Source: an uncultured archaeon
GTDB taxonomy: Archaea > Aenigmatarchaeota > Aenigmatarchaeia > CG10238-14 > SCSR01
Direction: 5' to 3'
DNA length: 64,000 nucleotides
Assembly: GCA_964537835.1 (NCBI GenBank)
Contig: CAZICS010000001.1
Coordinates: 54,275-118,274 of the forward strand
The position numbers were made by a program, and so were the translations under genes. Under the pieces are notes generated by a model that saw only the letters and a program-made list of their open reading frames with translations, was not told the origin of the DNA and made no database searches. Positions 12,501 to 27,500 of this stretch are shown here, in pieces (the first letter of the stretch is position 1; each line of letters opens with the position of its first letter).

Positions 12501-15500
12501 TATAGGTAAACAATTTGCAAGTCACGTTATCGAATTGAGCATCATCTATATCTACTCTAAATGTAAAGGTTTCTCCCCATCCTCCAACTTCAGGATAAAC
12601 GCTTTCATTTTCTGCTATTGGTGGGGTGTTATTTAGATAAATCCAATCTTCGAAGATAGTCGAGTTCGAATAGTAATAATCTCTCGATGAGTTAACTCTT
12701 ATATCATAATAACCTCCTTTATGGAAGCTTGTATTCCAGGTTGAATAGTACAATCCATTACCTTTCTCGTTCGCTGGATAAGGTTCAATTAGTCTAATTT
12801 CTCCTATTGAAGAAATTTCTTCGAACGAAACATTTGCTGAACTAACATTTTCTCCGCACTCTCCTTGAATTAAACCAGTAACATTAATAACATTTCCAAC
12901 AGGGATTACACTATCTTCTTCAGGTTCAACTAAGAAATTCATCAATTGCCCTATTAAAGTAATTTGTTGATTTCCTGTGGTTGCTGTAAAGTAACAAGCA
13001 TCTTCTAGGTCAATCTTCCAGTACTGAATACCAACATCAAAAGTACAATTTGGATCAAAGGTATAATTAAAGTAGCCGTTAGTTTGAGTTACTAATTTCT
13101 TGTCAAACAAGAAGTTCAAGCCATCTGTTGTTATATAAATACTTCCGTTTACGTCAGCAAAGTCTATTTCCGTTCCTTTTATAGTGTCATAGAACTTAGC
13201 AGCAAACCAAGCGCTATCATCACCAGGTCTTGTAATTTGAGTTTTCGACCAGTCTACATCAGCTACATCCGCTTGGTCTTTTGTAATTGTTATAGAACTT
13301 GATTTTTCATCCGTATAGTTGAAGTTATCGCTTGCGTTTATTTTATACATCTTACTTCCTATATCGCTATAAGTTCTGTTGCAAGTAAAAGTAATCGGAT
13401 AGAATTCTATATTAGTACAATTTCCAACAGCTGGAACACAAACTTTTTGATCAGCTAATTCCCATTCTCCAGTTAGATTAAGCCAGAAGTAAACGTTTAT
13501 AGTAGAACCTAGTTGAGCATTGTAATCTTCATCTTCAACGCTGAATGGGAAGTGCCAATTATCTCCCCATCCTGCCGAACCAGTATCTGTATAAACAGTT
13601 CCTAAGGTAATAACAGGCTTTGAAGCAAGATAGTATGAGTTTATAGTCAAATTAGTTTCACTTGCATTATAATACTCTTTTTCAGCTTTGATTGAAATGT
13701 TTGTATAACCATAGAGCCATGTTGGTTCTGGTTGAGCAGTAGTATCTGCCCTGAAAACACACTTATAAATTCCAGGAGATTCTTCAACTATCTGACCTGG
13801 TGGACTTTGATCTTGCACGCAATCTTTCTCTGAAGGACTTGCACCCAATTGTTGAGATTTAATGGTGACGCTTGCATTACTTACACCTCCGCATTCGTCA
13901 GTTACATTAACTCTTACAGGTACGTCTTCTATACCCTTAAGGAATAGTTTAGCGTTTAATGGCTCCAACAATTCTATTTGGAGAGGAAGTGTAGTTATGT
14001 TTATTGAGAATTCACTTGAATTAGAAGCCTTGTAAGCTTCTGAATACAAAACACCAGCTTTCCATTTCTGTGGTCCAACTTCATAGCTACAGTCAGGATC
14101 AAATTCTCCAGCAGAAGTATTTATAAAGCCGCTTGAGAAAATAGCAGGTACTTCTGAATAAGTTGAACCATCTTTAGTTACCCATATTCTTACATTAGAG
14201 CTTAAAATACCAGCTATGACATCGATTCCTTTATCTATATCGTAAGTTTTAACGCTTAGCTTCTGATAACTATCGTCAGCTCTGTAAACGCTTGTTTCAT
14301 TACCTTCTGCATGAATTAGAAGCAAATCATCTTTCCCTATAACAAAACTTCCATTTCCTACCTCAAAAGTATTGTTAACAAAATCTTTAGTCGTATTCCC
14401 AAATACATCTTTTACTTCACTTACATTAAACTTGAAAACATGTGTTCCTAATCCAGGATTACTGTAAGTTGGCCATCCTTCTATTTTAAATGTAACTGTT
14501 ACATTAACACCTTGAACGCTTGAATTTGTCATCGGGATTGGCAATGGTTGAGCCCAATCTCCTTCCACTAAGCTAGAGTTAACCCAGAGTTTAACTTCTA
14601 AGATATCATCATCCTCATCTGTAACATTAACCCTAAAGTACCAAGTTTCTCCCCAACCACCATCTCCAACATTCTGTTGCGAGTCATAGCTTATCACATA
14701 AAAGTCTGTAGTTAGGATTGGCTTAGTTTCAACCCAATACCCTTTTTCCCAAATTTGGAATTGGTCTATGGTTTCATTAGAGTTGTAATATTCTTTGCTT
14801 ACATTAAACCTTACATCCCAACCCTTGGCAGAAAAGCTTGAAGTATTGATTGTACAATTGTAATAACCGCTTCCTTCATTCAATACAGGGTTACAATATT
14901 TCACATCATTTCCTTGAATCGAAGAGAAGTTAACGCTTGCATCCTGAACAAAAACATTGCAGTCATCAACAACATAACCTCTTAGCAATACATTTTGTCC
15001 ATCTGGATAATTTCCTCTTAAGTATTTCCCTCCTCTAGGTTGAGTTATAACAGGTTTTAGGTCTCCAATAATTGTAAGTGTAGAGTCACTTATGTTTTTG
15101 TCTATGTAGCAAGCATCCGTTATTCCAGCTTTCCAATTTTGTAAACCTACCGAATAACTGCAATTTGGATCGAAATAATAGGTTGCATTCCCTAAGCTAT
15201 CCGTTTGATTTATTATATCTAGCTGATAATTAGAACCATCATGAGTAACCCAGAAGCTTACATCAACACCTTCAACTGTAGAATTCTTCTCCACATCGAA
15301 AATGTTAACTGAAAGTAATACAGCACCAATACTCCTATTAACTATTGAGTTATTACCTTGGATTAGAGCTATAACTGCTTCGCTTTCTTTCAACTTAGGT
15401 GCATTGATTGGAGTTGTATTGTAATAATTAGCCGGCTCCCCATTCTTTATCTCCCACTTAAACCAATTATCATTACCTATATCGCTGCAAGTGAAACCTT

Positions 15501-18500
15501 GGTAAGGAACCCAGCAAGTTCCTTTAGTAGGTGTACCAGGGGTTCCTGTTATGGTATAACTTCCTACTTTCTCCCAAGTTATTCCATCATCCTTGCTTAT
15601 GTATAAATTACAAGTTATTGTATCTCCTTCTTGGTCATAGATATCGATCGTAAAGTTAAAGTAGCTTGACCATCCTTTATACTCATCAAAGCTTAATTCT
15701 TCCCAGTCACCTAATACATAATTATAAACATAAACGCTAACATTCTCGCTTGTAGCGTTCACATTCTCTAGCCAGAACCAATTGTTATAGAGTGAAGAAT
15801 TAAAGTTGTAGTACTCCTTGCTTGCATTCAACCTAATACTCCAATATCCTTCTTTCTTAGCAGTAGAATCCCAAGTACAATTATACCATCCATCATACTC
15901 ATTATAAGCTGGAGTACAACCCTCCCAATTACCCAAAGGACTTCTTAACTCAATACTAACGCTAGCATTAGCTATTAAACCTTCATTCAAACAATCACTA
16001 GTAGTATTAAACCTAATCAAAATCTGATCAGTAACATTGAATACAGAATTATAAACAGGTACCAACAAATTATTCTTCAATTGGCCACGAATGGTTATCG
16101 ATTGAACTGTGTATCCGCTGATTGCACTAGAAGTATAACATTCATCACCCACATCCATTCTCCAATTTTGTATACCTACTGAGTAACTGCAATTTGGATT
16201 GAAATTATAGCTTAGATAACCTGAACTATCAGTAGTTAAAGCGATAGGCGGACCATAGTTCGCATTATCATAGGTTATTCTAATTGTACCATCAACTCCA
16301 CTTCCAACATATTCTCCTCTATCCCTATCATAAACTTGGGCTTGCAGTAAAACTGTTTCATCTTCTCTGTCAACTTCGCTTGGAGTTGTTGTTGCATAAA
16401 GAACGACATCATCTTTAATTATTTGTTGTTGTTGAGTTGTTGAAACTGTGTAATTCCAATAGTCTGTTGCGGTAACATTGAAAATTCTAGTTCCCATATC
16501 AGAGCAAGTGAATGTATTCTTGTAAGTGATGGTTTTAGTAATCTTACAATCAGGAGCAGAACAAATGCTTGAGTTTAACAATTTCCAGCCATTTGTAGTA
16601 TTACTCCATAAGCTAACGTTAAGTTTTTCAAAACTAAATGTTCCTTGATCTTCATCATACAGATCTATATCGAATATCCAAGTTTCTCCCCAGCCATAAG
16701 GATTAACAGAACTTCCAAAAGAATCTTGGGTTGTTATAGTTAAAGCACTTATAGTTGGTTGAGTAACCAAAACAAATGCATTCTCTTTAAGCAACACATC
16801 TGAACTATTGTAATAAGTCTTAGAAGCATTTATGGTAGCGTTATAATATCCTAAAGTCCAGGTTGAAGGATCGAAGGAATAAGTTACATAACCGCTCGCA
16901 TTGGTAAAGGCTTGAGCCGAATGAGTAGTTGCACCCTGTTTGGCTTTAAGGTCAACTAAAGCTGATGCTACTCCACCACAATCATCGTAAACATAACCTA
17001 GATAATCTACAGTATCTATACCCTTCCTATAGCTTTCACCATTTGGTTTGATTAAGCTAACTTCCAACGGTGTTGTTATCAAGGTTAAGTTCCATGCTGG
17101 GTTTGCGGGAGTGCTCCAAGTTGGCTTATAGCAGCTTTGTCCAAAGAAGACCTTCCATTTTTGAGGTCCTATATCATACAAACATCTATCTGAAGATGGG
17201 AAGTTATCAGTAATATATCCATTTGGTTCTATCGTATTTAGTTCTAAATCTTTCCTATAATTACTTCCATCATAAGTAACCCAGAATTGACCTAAATCAT
17301 TGTAAGCAACAGGGTTACCCGTATCTAAATCTTGAATTTGTACTTTCAGCGGAACCCTTTCACCATTGGTAACATTACTCCTATTAAGGATTGCATTATT
17401 CCCGAAAATCAAACTTATGCTTATGTCATCCCTTTCCAAACTAAAGCTTCCTACGGAAGATTCAGCATAATCCTTCTGAGAGCTAGCTGGAGTAACAGTC
17501 GAATAATCATCAGTACCATTAAAGAAGAATTCATGCGTAGCGTTAGTAAGTAAATCATCGCATACAAATGATGTAGTGAATTCTATTATTGCACTTTCAA
17601 CACCAGCAGCTTTGCTTTTTCCGGTAATCGGTGGTTTCACGCTCCAGCTTCCACCTCCAGGTCTCTCGTAGAACCATACTTGAACTTGATCTAAGTCTTC
17701 ATCCGTAACATTAACTCTGAAAGTCCAAGTCTCCCCCCATCCACCTATATTCCCTCCTTGTTCTGACTCGACGCTTGTTGATATTAATTGAATTGTTGGT
17801 AAAGTTTCTATCCAGAATGCATTTGTTTCTGTATAATCTACCAAATTATAGAATTGCTTCTCAGCATAAACTCTAATATCATAATACCGAGGCGACTTTC
17901 CGCTTGAATTGAAGGTTGTATTGTAATAGCCTAAGCTTTCTTGAACATGTTGCAAGTAGAAGATATCGTTAGTGTAAGTACTCTTAACTGAAATATTTAG
18001 GTAGTCTGGGTCGATTAAATTGTTACAATCCTCGCTTATGTTAAACCTTATGGAAACATTTTCTCCACGATAAAATTCTTCTGCATTCAATGGTTGAATT
18101 ACTTGAGTTGACAAGCTTCCTTTAATAGTTAGATTCCATGTGTCAGAGTATACGTCAAAATAACATGTTTGACCTTCTATAAAGGTTGTCCAGTTTTGAT
18201 ACCCAACTTGATAAGTACAATCTGGAGAGAAATCATAAGCTGCATAGCCTAAGCTCGTATTAACTTCAGCTGCTGTCAAATAATTACTTCCATCGTAAGT
18301 TATGTTGAACTTAACTGGTGTATTATCTGCAACCGCACTTCCTTTATCCTGGTCATACACATAAACCTTTAGGGTTAAAGTTCCAGAATTTCTATTAACT
18401 TCTTTCCCATCTCCGCTTACAATACTTATTTGTAAGGTATCTTTGGTTATGTTTGGTCCTTGTGAAGTTTCGGTATTAACTGTATTATACCCATCATCTA

Positions 18501-21500
18501 AAACAAAATAGTAATAATTATCAGTTCCTATGTCAGAGCAGGTAAAGTTAATTAGCCATGAACATAGACCATGGCCTCCGGTTATTGTAATCGGGGTTTG
18601 AGATTCAAAATAGCTACCTCCATCTGTCGAAATGTAAAGGGTACAAGTGACATCATCGTTGTCAGGATCATCGATTGAAATCGAATAGTTATAAGTTGTG
18701 CCCCACCCTCCTTCATTTGGAGAAACAGGTATTATCGTGTAAGTGGGTGGAGCATTTTGTAAATAGAACCAGTTGTCATACCAAGTTGAGTTTTTATGGT
18801 AATAGTTTCTAGTTGCATTCATCCTTATATCCCAATATCCTGGTGTCTTTAGAGTAGAATCCCAAGTACAGTTGTAATAACCATTTCCTAAATCTGTAAC
18901 AGGATAGCATTCTTCAATAACATCCAAAGGAGATCTCAGATTTATGTTAACTGTAGTCTCATTTAACAAACCTTCTTGGGAGCAATCTGAATAAACACTT
19001 CCATTTATCGGAATGAGAGTTGTTGTCTGGAAGGTTGAGTCATATTCTGGATAAGTAAGGTTGACTTTAAGTTGTCCATAAATGGTAAAGAGAACAGAAT
19101 CACTTTCTGCATCTTTGTAACAGGATTCTCCTATGGTTGCGATTCTCCAATATTGGGATCCTACAGTAAAGCTACAATTTGGGTCAAAGTAAAATCTAAC
19201 TTTGGAGTCTGCTTCAGTATAGTTAGTAAGCCAGATTAAGTATTCACTTCCGTTCCAAGTAACCTTAAGTTTGGTTTCGACACCAGAACCAACTGAAGTA
19301 TCCCTATCCAAATCGATAAGTGTTGCGACGAACTTAGCTTTATCAGTAAACTCCCTATCAACTTCGCTATCGGACAAAGCTGGTTCAGCAATTATCTGGA
19401 CATCGTCTTTTGCGATAGTAATTGTATCAGAAGTATTGTAACTATATCCATAAAAGTCTGTTGCTGTCAAATTCCATTCTCTTGTTCCTACATCTTGACA
19501 TGCAAAATCATCTTCTTGGATAAAAGTATAGCTGCACGGACTTGCTGTGCAAATCGTTGAATTCAATAATTTCCATCCAGAAGCCAAGTTAACCCATAAA
19601 CTAACATTTACTTCATCTTCTCTAGGAATAATCGCTAAATCATCATCTGTTAGAGTAAAACTAAATTGCCAGGTTTCTCCCCATCCTCCAGTTGTTGAAC
19701 CTTCTTCTGAAACAGCTGAGTAAGAGGTTATTTGTGGTTTTGTAACTAAAACAAAAGCATTCTCTTCTGTCCAAACAGAACTTGAATTGTAGTAAATTTT
19801 GCTTCCGTTGAAAGTAACATTCCAATAACCTAGATAGCTATTAGGCCATCCTGCTGTGTCAGTAGCAAGGATTGTGCAGGAATAATACCCATTCCCTTCA
19901 TCTGTTACAGGAGTGCATTCTATGTCTGTAGTTCCTTTGACTATGTGAAATTCTCCATTTCCATTCGGGATCAATCCACAATCATCCTCTAACCAACCCC
20001 TGAGCAGAATGTCATCTTCTCCTCTAACAAAGGATGTTCCTCCTGTAGGTTCTGAAACATAAGCTTCTAAAGCTTGAGTTATAATTGTAAAGGAGTAATT
20101 TGTTGAATTAACATCTTTATACCAATCATTCCCTACAGTCCCAACTTTCCATTTCTGGGGACCTACTTGATAGCTACAGTCTGGATAGAACTGATAGCTA
20201 ACATTTCCCAATTCGTTACCAGTTCCTGTTGTAAAGTAGCTAGGTGGGGTTGGATGAGCAACAAAATTAGTGTTATTCGTAGTAATGTAAAATCTAACCT
20301 TAGCTCCTCCTACAGCAGCGTTTTTATCCGTATCTATAACTTTAACCTTGAAGGTAACGTTTTGTAAAGGTTCTCCTAAAGAAGCACTTCTGTTTACAAC
20401 ACTATTATTCCCTTCCAATAGTTGGATTGCTATATCATCTTTCTCTATCGTAAATGTAACTATTGAAGTATTGGCAACATTACCATCATCATCACTTACG
20501 TTAAAGAAGAGTTCCCAATCTCCTATATAGCTTCCCGTCGCCCATGTTTTTGAAAATTGGACTTTCACATTGGTTCCGCTTACACTAGAATTACACCCAT
20601 GCAAAATCCAAGCAGTATCACCAACTCTTCTGTAGTAAGAGCAAACCGTTAGTGTATCATAGTCATAATCTGTGGCATTAACCACGAACCACCAATTCTC
20701 ACCCCAACCTCCTAAATTATTGGTCCCCTCATTAATTTCTTGCTCGCTTATCGCATCTTCTCCAACTAACAAAGGAATAGTTTCAACCCAGAAAGCTTGG
20801 TATTTTGTTGTTGAATTATCATTATAATCATCTTTCTGCAAGAAGGAGGTTACATCATACCATTGAGTTGGCAGGGAAGAAGTATTAAACGTACAACTGT
20901 AGTAGCCAGGCTCTTCGAAGTTTATAGGTTCGCAAACAAATTCTTCCCCTGTTTGTTGGGATTTGTAAGTGAAATTCATTTTAGAAAAGCCGGTTAAATT
21001 CACAGAGCAATCATCGTAAGTGTGAATTCTTATGGTTATATTATCTCCTCTCAAATATTTTTCGCTGCTTGGCTGAAGAATATCATTTAAAATACTTCCA
21101 ACTACATTCACCGCAAACTCACTACTATTAACATCTTGGTAACAAGCATCTGTAATTCCTGCTTTCCAGTATTGTTGTCCAACTGAATAACTGCAATTTG
21201 GATTGAAATAGTAGCTTGAATTTCCCTGAGAATCTGTTTGGTTTAATAAGTCAAACTGATAGTTAAGATTATCGTGAGTTACCCAGAAGCTAACATTAAT
21301 GTTTTGGGCGTATGCATTTTTTTCAACATCGAATACATTAACTCCTAGCCTTATTGTGTTTCCTAATTCTACATCACTCCTATTAACATAACTGTTGTTT
21401 CCTTCTATCAAGCTTATTCTTGCTAAGGATTCTCTTAGTTCTGGAAGTTGAATTGGTGTTGTGTTATAGTAATTAGAAGGCTCACCATTTTTAATTTCCC

Positions 21501-24500
21501 ACTTGAAGCTATTGATTCCTATGTCAGAACAGGTAAAGGATTGATAAATTACAGAGCAAGTTCCTTTAGTAGGAACTCCTGGAGATCCTGTAAGGATATC
21601 TGAGCCTGCTAGTTCCCATTCGTTTGTAGAGTTTCTTTTTATGTAAAGGTTACAAGTAATTGTATCTCCTTCTGGGTCGTAGATGTCAATAGTATAATTG
21701 AATTTGGATGACCAACCTGTTGGTTGAGTAACTACTTGCCATTGGTTGGTAGAATAGTTGTAAGCGTAAACAGTCGCATTCTCAGCTGTTGAGTTAAGAT
21801 TCTCTAGCCAGAACCATTTTTGATATAGGGTTGTGTTGGAGTTGTAGTCTGTCCTTGAAGAAGTAATTCTTATAGAATAGTAACCTTCATCCTTTCCAGT
21901 AGAATCCCAAGTACAATTGTACCAACCATCTCCCTCATTGTTAATTGCACCACAACCGCTTTCTTGTGAATATGGATCAATTAAAGCAACCTCTTGAATG
22001 GTAGAATCATTTATCAGACCTTCAACTTCACAATCAGTTGAAACATTAAACCTTATCAAGATTTGGTCTGTGACATTGAAAACTGAATTGTAAATGGGTA
22101 ATTCTAAGTTATTCTTGAGCTGACCAATAACTAGATAATTCTGCAAGGAATATTCTGGGGGTTGTAGAGATTCATCTTTGTAGCATGCATCATTAACTAT
22201 TTCAACATACCAGTACTGAGTTCCAGTTTGATATGTACAGTTGGGATCGAAATCATAAGCTAAGTAACCGTTCGAATCGGTCTGAACCTGATGACCTGAA
22301 TCATAGATTAGAGGTGATGCTTGGTAAGAGAAGTAGTAAGTACCAACTACACCAGCCTCCACTGGCGATTCGTGATCTGTATCATTCACAAGTACTTTGA
22401 AGGTTCCATATGTTGCTCCTTCTCTATTAATCGAGATACCAGAACCTTGAATTACTACAAACTGAATGTCATCTTTTTCTAAGGTGATATTAGGTGGAAA
22501 AACTTCTTTGACCAAGTTGTGAGAATCTTCTGCTCTAATTTTAAGGTAAAGTATAGGTCCATTAAGATAATCTTCACAAGAAAATCTTTCAAAAAATCTT
22601 ATTTCCCTGAAGGAAGTACAATCTGTGCAAAGTTGAGAATCAACATAATACCAAGTTTGATTGTCATAAGATTTCCATAAGCTTATGTTTACCGTATCTT
22701 TAGGATCATAATCTCTAAAACTCATGTTTATACTAAAATTATAACCCCATCCCTCTATTCTCGGGGTTACATTTGCATCGTAAATTTCTGGTCTGTACCA
22801 TAACTCAAAAGCATTAATTCTTGTTACGTTAATTGGATAGTAATAGGGTTTTGTAGCGTTTGCACTTAGATTATAAAATCCTGGAGAAGCACCAACCGTT
22901 GAATAAGTATAAGTATAGCTTCCGTTTCCTAAATCATTAGCTTGTGCATATTCTGGTAAAAGATAAGAAGAACCTTGCCAAGCTTTGAAGCTTACAGAAG
23001 CTCCACTTAAATAGCCATAATAAGCCAAACATTCATCAAAAGCTTCTGTTTTAGCAAGCACATCTTCACCGATACCATAAGCTTCTCCCTCTGGTTTTGA
23101 AATTGTAAGGTTTAGTTGGGTCCAAATATTTACAAACTGGAAGCTTGTTTGATTAGCAGCATAATACCTATCACTTTCGTCAACACCAGCAAACCATTTC
23201 TGCTTCCCTGGGTAATAAGTACAATCTGGATTAAAGGTAAAGTTCGCTATATTATTAGAAATTCCAACAGTCCCAGCAGATATATAATTATTTCCATCGG
23301 TAGTCACATAAAACCTTGCTGTAACTCCGCTTATAGTTGAAGAAGGATCTGTAGTATCAACAACTCTTACAGCTAAGTAAGTGACATTGTTCCTTCTATC
23401 AACATCTGTTTCATTACCTGCAACGTACTGAATTTCTAGGGTTCTTTTGGTTACGTTGAAAGTTAGAATTGGGGTTTCATTATAGTTTCCTAATTTATCC
23501 GTAACCCTTATCTTCCATTCATACTTACCTATTTCTGTGGCTAGGAAATATTCGTTAAATTGAGCTAGGTAATTAACAGGATCTGTAACATTAAAACTAT
23601 CTCTCAGAGTCCAAAGAGTCTCACCTAAAGGTCTTATGTAGAAGCTTACATTAACCAAATCATCGTCGTCGCTTACATAAGCTTTGAACGTTATTGTCTG
23701 TCCCCAAACTTGATCATGTGGAGTAACACTTGGATTTTCAACTCTAGGCCAAACTTCGACAAAAAATCTATTAGAAAATAAAGTAGAATTGAAATTGTAA
23801 TAATTCCTTGAAGAATTCATCCTTACAGAATAATATCCTCCTACAGCATTCGTAAGGTTTATTGAGCAATTGTAGTAGTTATTTCCTAAAGGAGATGCCT
23901 CACAAGACTTAGAGTAAGATTCATGAGCTATTGTAAAGTTAACTTGAGCGTCTGATATGCCTAATTCACATTCGTCACTTACATTCCCCTCTATACTTAC
24001 ATTCTCATTAGGATAGTAAATCTCATTTCCAGTGGGATAGGTTAACAAATTCCTTAACCAACCAATAATCGTTAAAGTATAATTTGTTGAGTTTGTATCC
24101 TTATAACATGTGTTATCAACAACACCTACCTTCCAGTATTGTGGGCCAGCTGAATAAGAGCAGTTTGAATTGAAATAGTAGCTAGAAGTTGCATCGCTTT
24201 GAGTATAATTGAGAGTCCCTGAATCAAAGTTTTGAGTATCATAAGTTATCCAGAATCGAGTCTTAACATTAGCGGGAACTAAAGTTTTATTATCTGTATC
24301 ATTGACTAAAACTTTAAGGAGAATTATATCTCCTCTATTTATAGTGCTACCATTGCCTTGTAGATGTATGATTTCAACATCATCTTTATCCAAACTAAAT
24401 GCTATCCCTGCTCTATCTGTAGCGTTATGGGCATCGGTTGCATTAAACTTAAAGTAATAGGTAGGCATATCGCTACAACTAAATCCTTTATACCAGAAAG

Positions 24501-27500
24501 TTAGCTCAGTTTTTTGTCCACAATCATGGCAAATTTGCGAATCTATGAATTGCCAGGTTTGGTTATCAGGAGATAACCAGAAGCTCACGTTTACATTTTC
24601 TCCATTTAAATCACTTACATTAACTTTAAAGGTAAAATTCTCTCCCCATCCCCAGTCTTCTTCGGGTAAAACAGTTTCGTCCTCTAGAACAGGAGGTACC
24701 CATTGCTGGATTATCCTAAAGGCGTAAGGTTTAGTTTGTGAATTATCATCATAATAACTAGCATTCGAAGCAAAAGTTGTTAGGTTATACCAACCCTCAG
24801 GAGCTTCAGTAGCATTCCATTCACAAACATAAGTTCCATTGTTTAAGTTTATTGTTTCATTACAATAGAATTGGTTACCGAAAGCTATGCTCTTAATAGT
24901 GTAGTTAACGTTTGCTGAAGTTATATTGTGCAGAGAGCATTCATCAACCACATGAGTTGTTAAATTAATGTAGAGAAAGTTCAACCTTACAAATTCGTTT
25001 CCATCCGGATAAGTTATGTTAGGAGTGAGCAAACCCACTATCGAAACATTATACTCAGAAGAATTTACCGCTTTATAACATGAATCAACTGTTTTTATAT
25101 AAGCATACCATTCTTGCTTTCCAACCTCAAATCTACAATCTGGATTAAAGTAATATTTGACGTATCCACTTGAATTTGTTTTGTTCCAACTTTGCTCAGA
25201 GGTAGGGCCTGCATCAATAAAATCTGTTCCGTTAAACACAGCAAAATAGAGTTTTGGTGAGTCATAGGTAGTGCTATAAACAGCCGGGGCATTTCTATCT
25301 GTATCGTTTAAATACATAATAAATAGAGTCTGATCATCACCGTATCTTCTAACATAACTTTCATTTCCTTCTACATACAAAATTTCCAAATCATCTTTTT
25401 TGATGGTATGGTAACTCGAAGAAGTTTCTGAATAAGATTCAGGGACTCCTGGTTCTGAGGCATTAAACTTATACCACAAAACACTTCCTTGGTCTGCGCA
25501 GGTATAGGTTCTCGTAAAGTTTACCAACTTATTAGTTGGATTTGCTATATACCTACATTCAGTTATTGAATAAGGTCCTGTTTCACTGCTTGCTTCAAGT
25601 AAGCAAACCTCTACACTTTCATAATGGTCTACTATAACACTAAAATTATGTACTTCTCCCCAAGAACCATCATTAGGAAAGCTAAGCGAAGGAGCGATAA
25701 GTCTAATTGGGGTTACAAGGAAAAATGCATTATCAAAATAGTCATAACCTGAGTGATAGTCAGCTCTTTCGGCATAGATTTCAATTCTATACCAACCTGC
25801 TGGTTTGTTAGTTGAATCCCAACTGCAATTGTAATGAGTTCCATTGAAGGTTGCATAACCTGAAGAAGGACATCTGTACCATTCGTTAGTTCTAAGATTT
25901 GTTAGATTGAAGTATACCTTAGCATCCCCTACCAAATTATTACAATCGTCAGAAAGATTTCCTACTAGTTCTATTATTTCACCCTCTGTGAAATTCTTAG
26001 AGCCATCTGGGAAGACTACTTTAGGATTAAGATCTCCAACTATTTTTATTAACAAAGTTTCGCTCGAGGTATTATCAGCGTAACAACTATCCTGGCTTAC
26101 ATTAACTTCCCATGAGTATATTCCCACATTATAAGTACAATCTGGGTTGAAATCGATATAGTAATACTCAGCTGTTGAGTTAAGGCTTGAAGTTATTTCA
26201 TAGGTTGAAGAATTTTTCAAAATAAATCTAACTTTATTCGTGTCTATAACTGTTACGTTCTGATTTAAAAGAAAGTCTCTTATCTGAATGGCTAATCTTG
26301 CTGTATTATTTGGCTTCGTATCATTTCTATTTATTACCGAATCATTGCCTGCATAATGTTTAATTGAAATAGGTTCTCTTGTAACATTAAACGAAACGAT
26401 TAAGGATTGATTAGCGAATCCGGAAATATCGGTTGCATTAGACTTGAAATACCAATCTCCAACTTCGTTTAGAGTAGCATTACAAGTAAAGTTTCTTTGG
26501 TAGAATGCCTCGAAGTTATTACATTGAGAGCATTGTTGTGTATCCTCTAAATTCCAAACACCTAAATCTTTTCTTAACCAAAGGCTTATTGTTACTGTAT
26601 CGTTATCCTCATCAGTTACAAACACACTAAAGTTAAATGGTCTAATCCCCCAGGGCCCAGAGGGATAAGGTGAAACTGTCAGATTTTCTAGGTTTGGGGT
26701 ACTTGCCAAATAAAACGCACTTTCAACTTTTGCTAAACCACTCCAGTGCAAACTCTTGCTAGAATACATGGTGATATTGTACCAGCCTAAAGGAGCTGAA
26801 GCTGTTGGGAAGTTACAATGATATTCCTGTCCAACTACCGTCGCTGAGCAAGTGTACGTATAGTCGCCATTAGTTAGATTAAAGTAAACCTTATCAGCAT
26901 TAGTAACGTTATCTCCGCAATCATCTTGCACATACCCTTTGATTGTAATGCTTGAAATTAATTCCTTGCTGAAGTTCAAGTTTATCGGATAGATTATGTG
27001 ATTAGTTAACTCACCCATGAGAGTGAAGTTTATGGGTGAGGTGATATTATCCTTAACGCAAGTTGCTCCATCAGTTCCTCCTTTCCATTGGTGCAAGCCA
27101 AGATAGTACTTAGTTTTATCTGAACACCATTTTTCATTGGTGAAAGTCCTTACTAAATGACCAGAAGCATTGGTATACCAATAGTCAGCGACTCCCAAAT
27201 CTTCCCATTGATCAAAAGTATAGGCCGAAACATAGATTCTTCCTCTCGAACCTTCTGGAGCTATTTGTTGCGCATCCCTATCCCAAACATAGATTACAAA
27301 ATCTGTCGATTGAGACCTATTAACTACATCGTTGTTCATCGGATAAATCGTGCTTACATCTACATCATCTTTTTCAACCATATAAGTATCTCCATATTCT
27401 TCCTTAGTTCCGTCTGCATTGCTCGCGTTGAACTTAAACTCCCAAGTGGTTATGTTTGCGCAAGAATAGTCATAGCTGAAGTTTATTTGCTGCCAATTTA

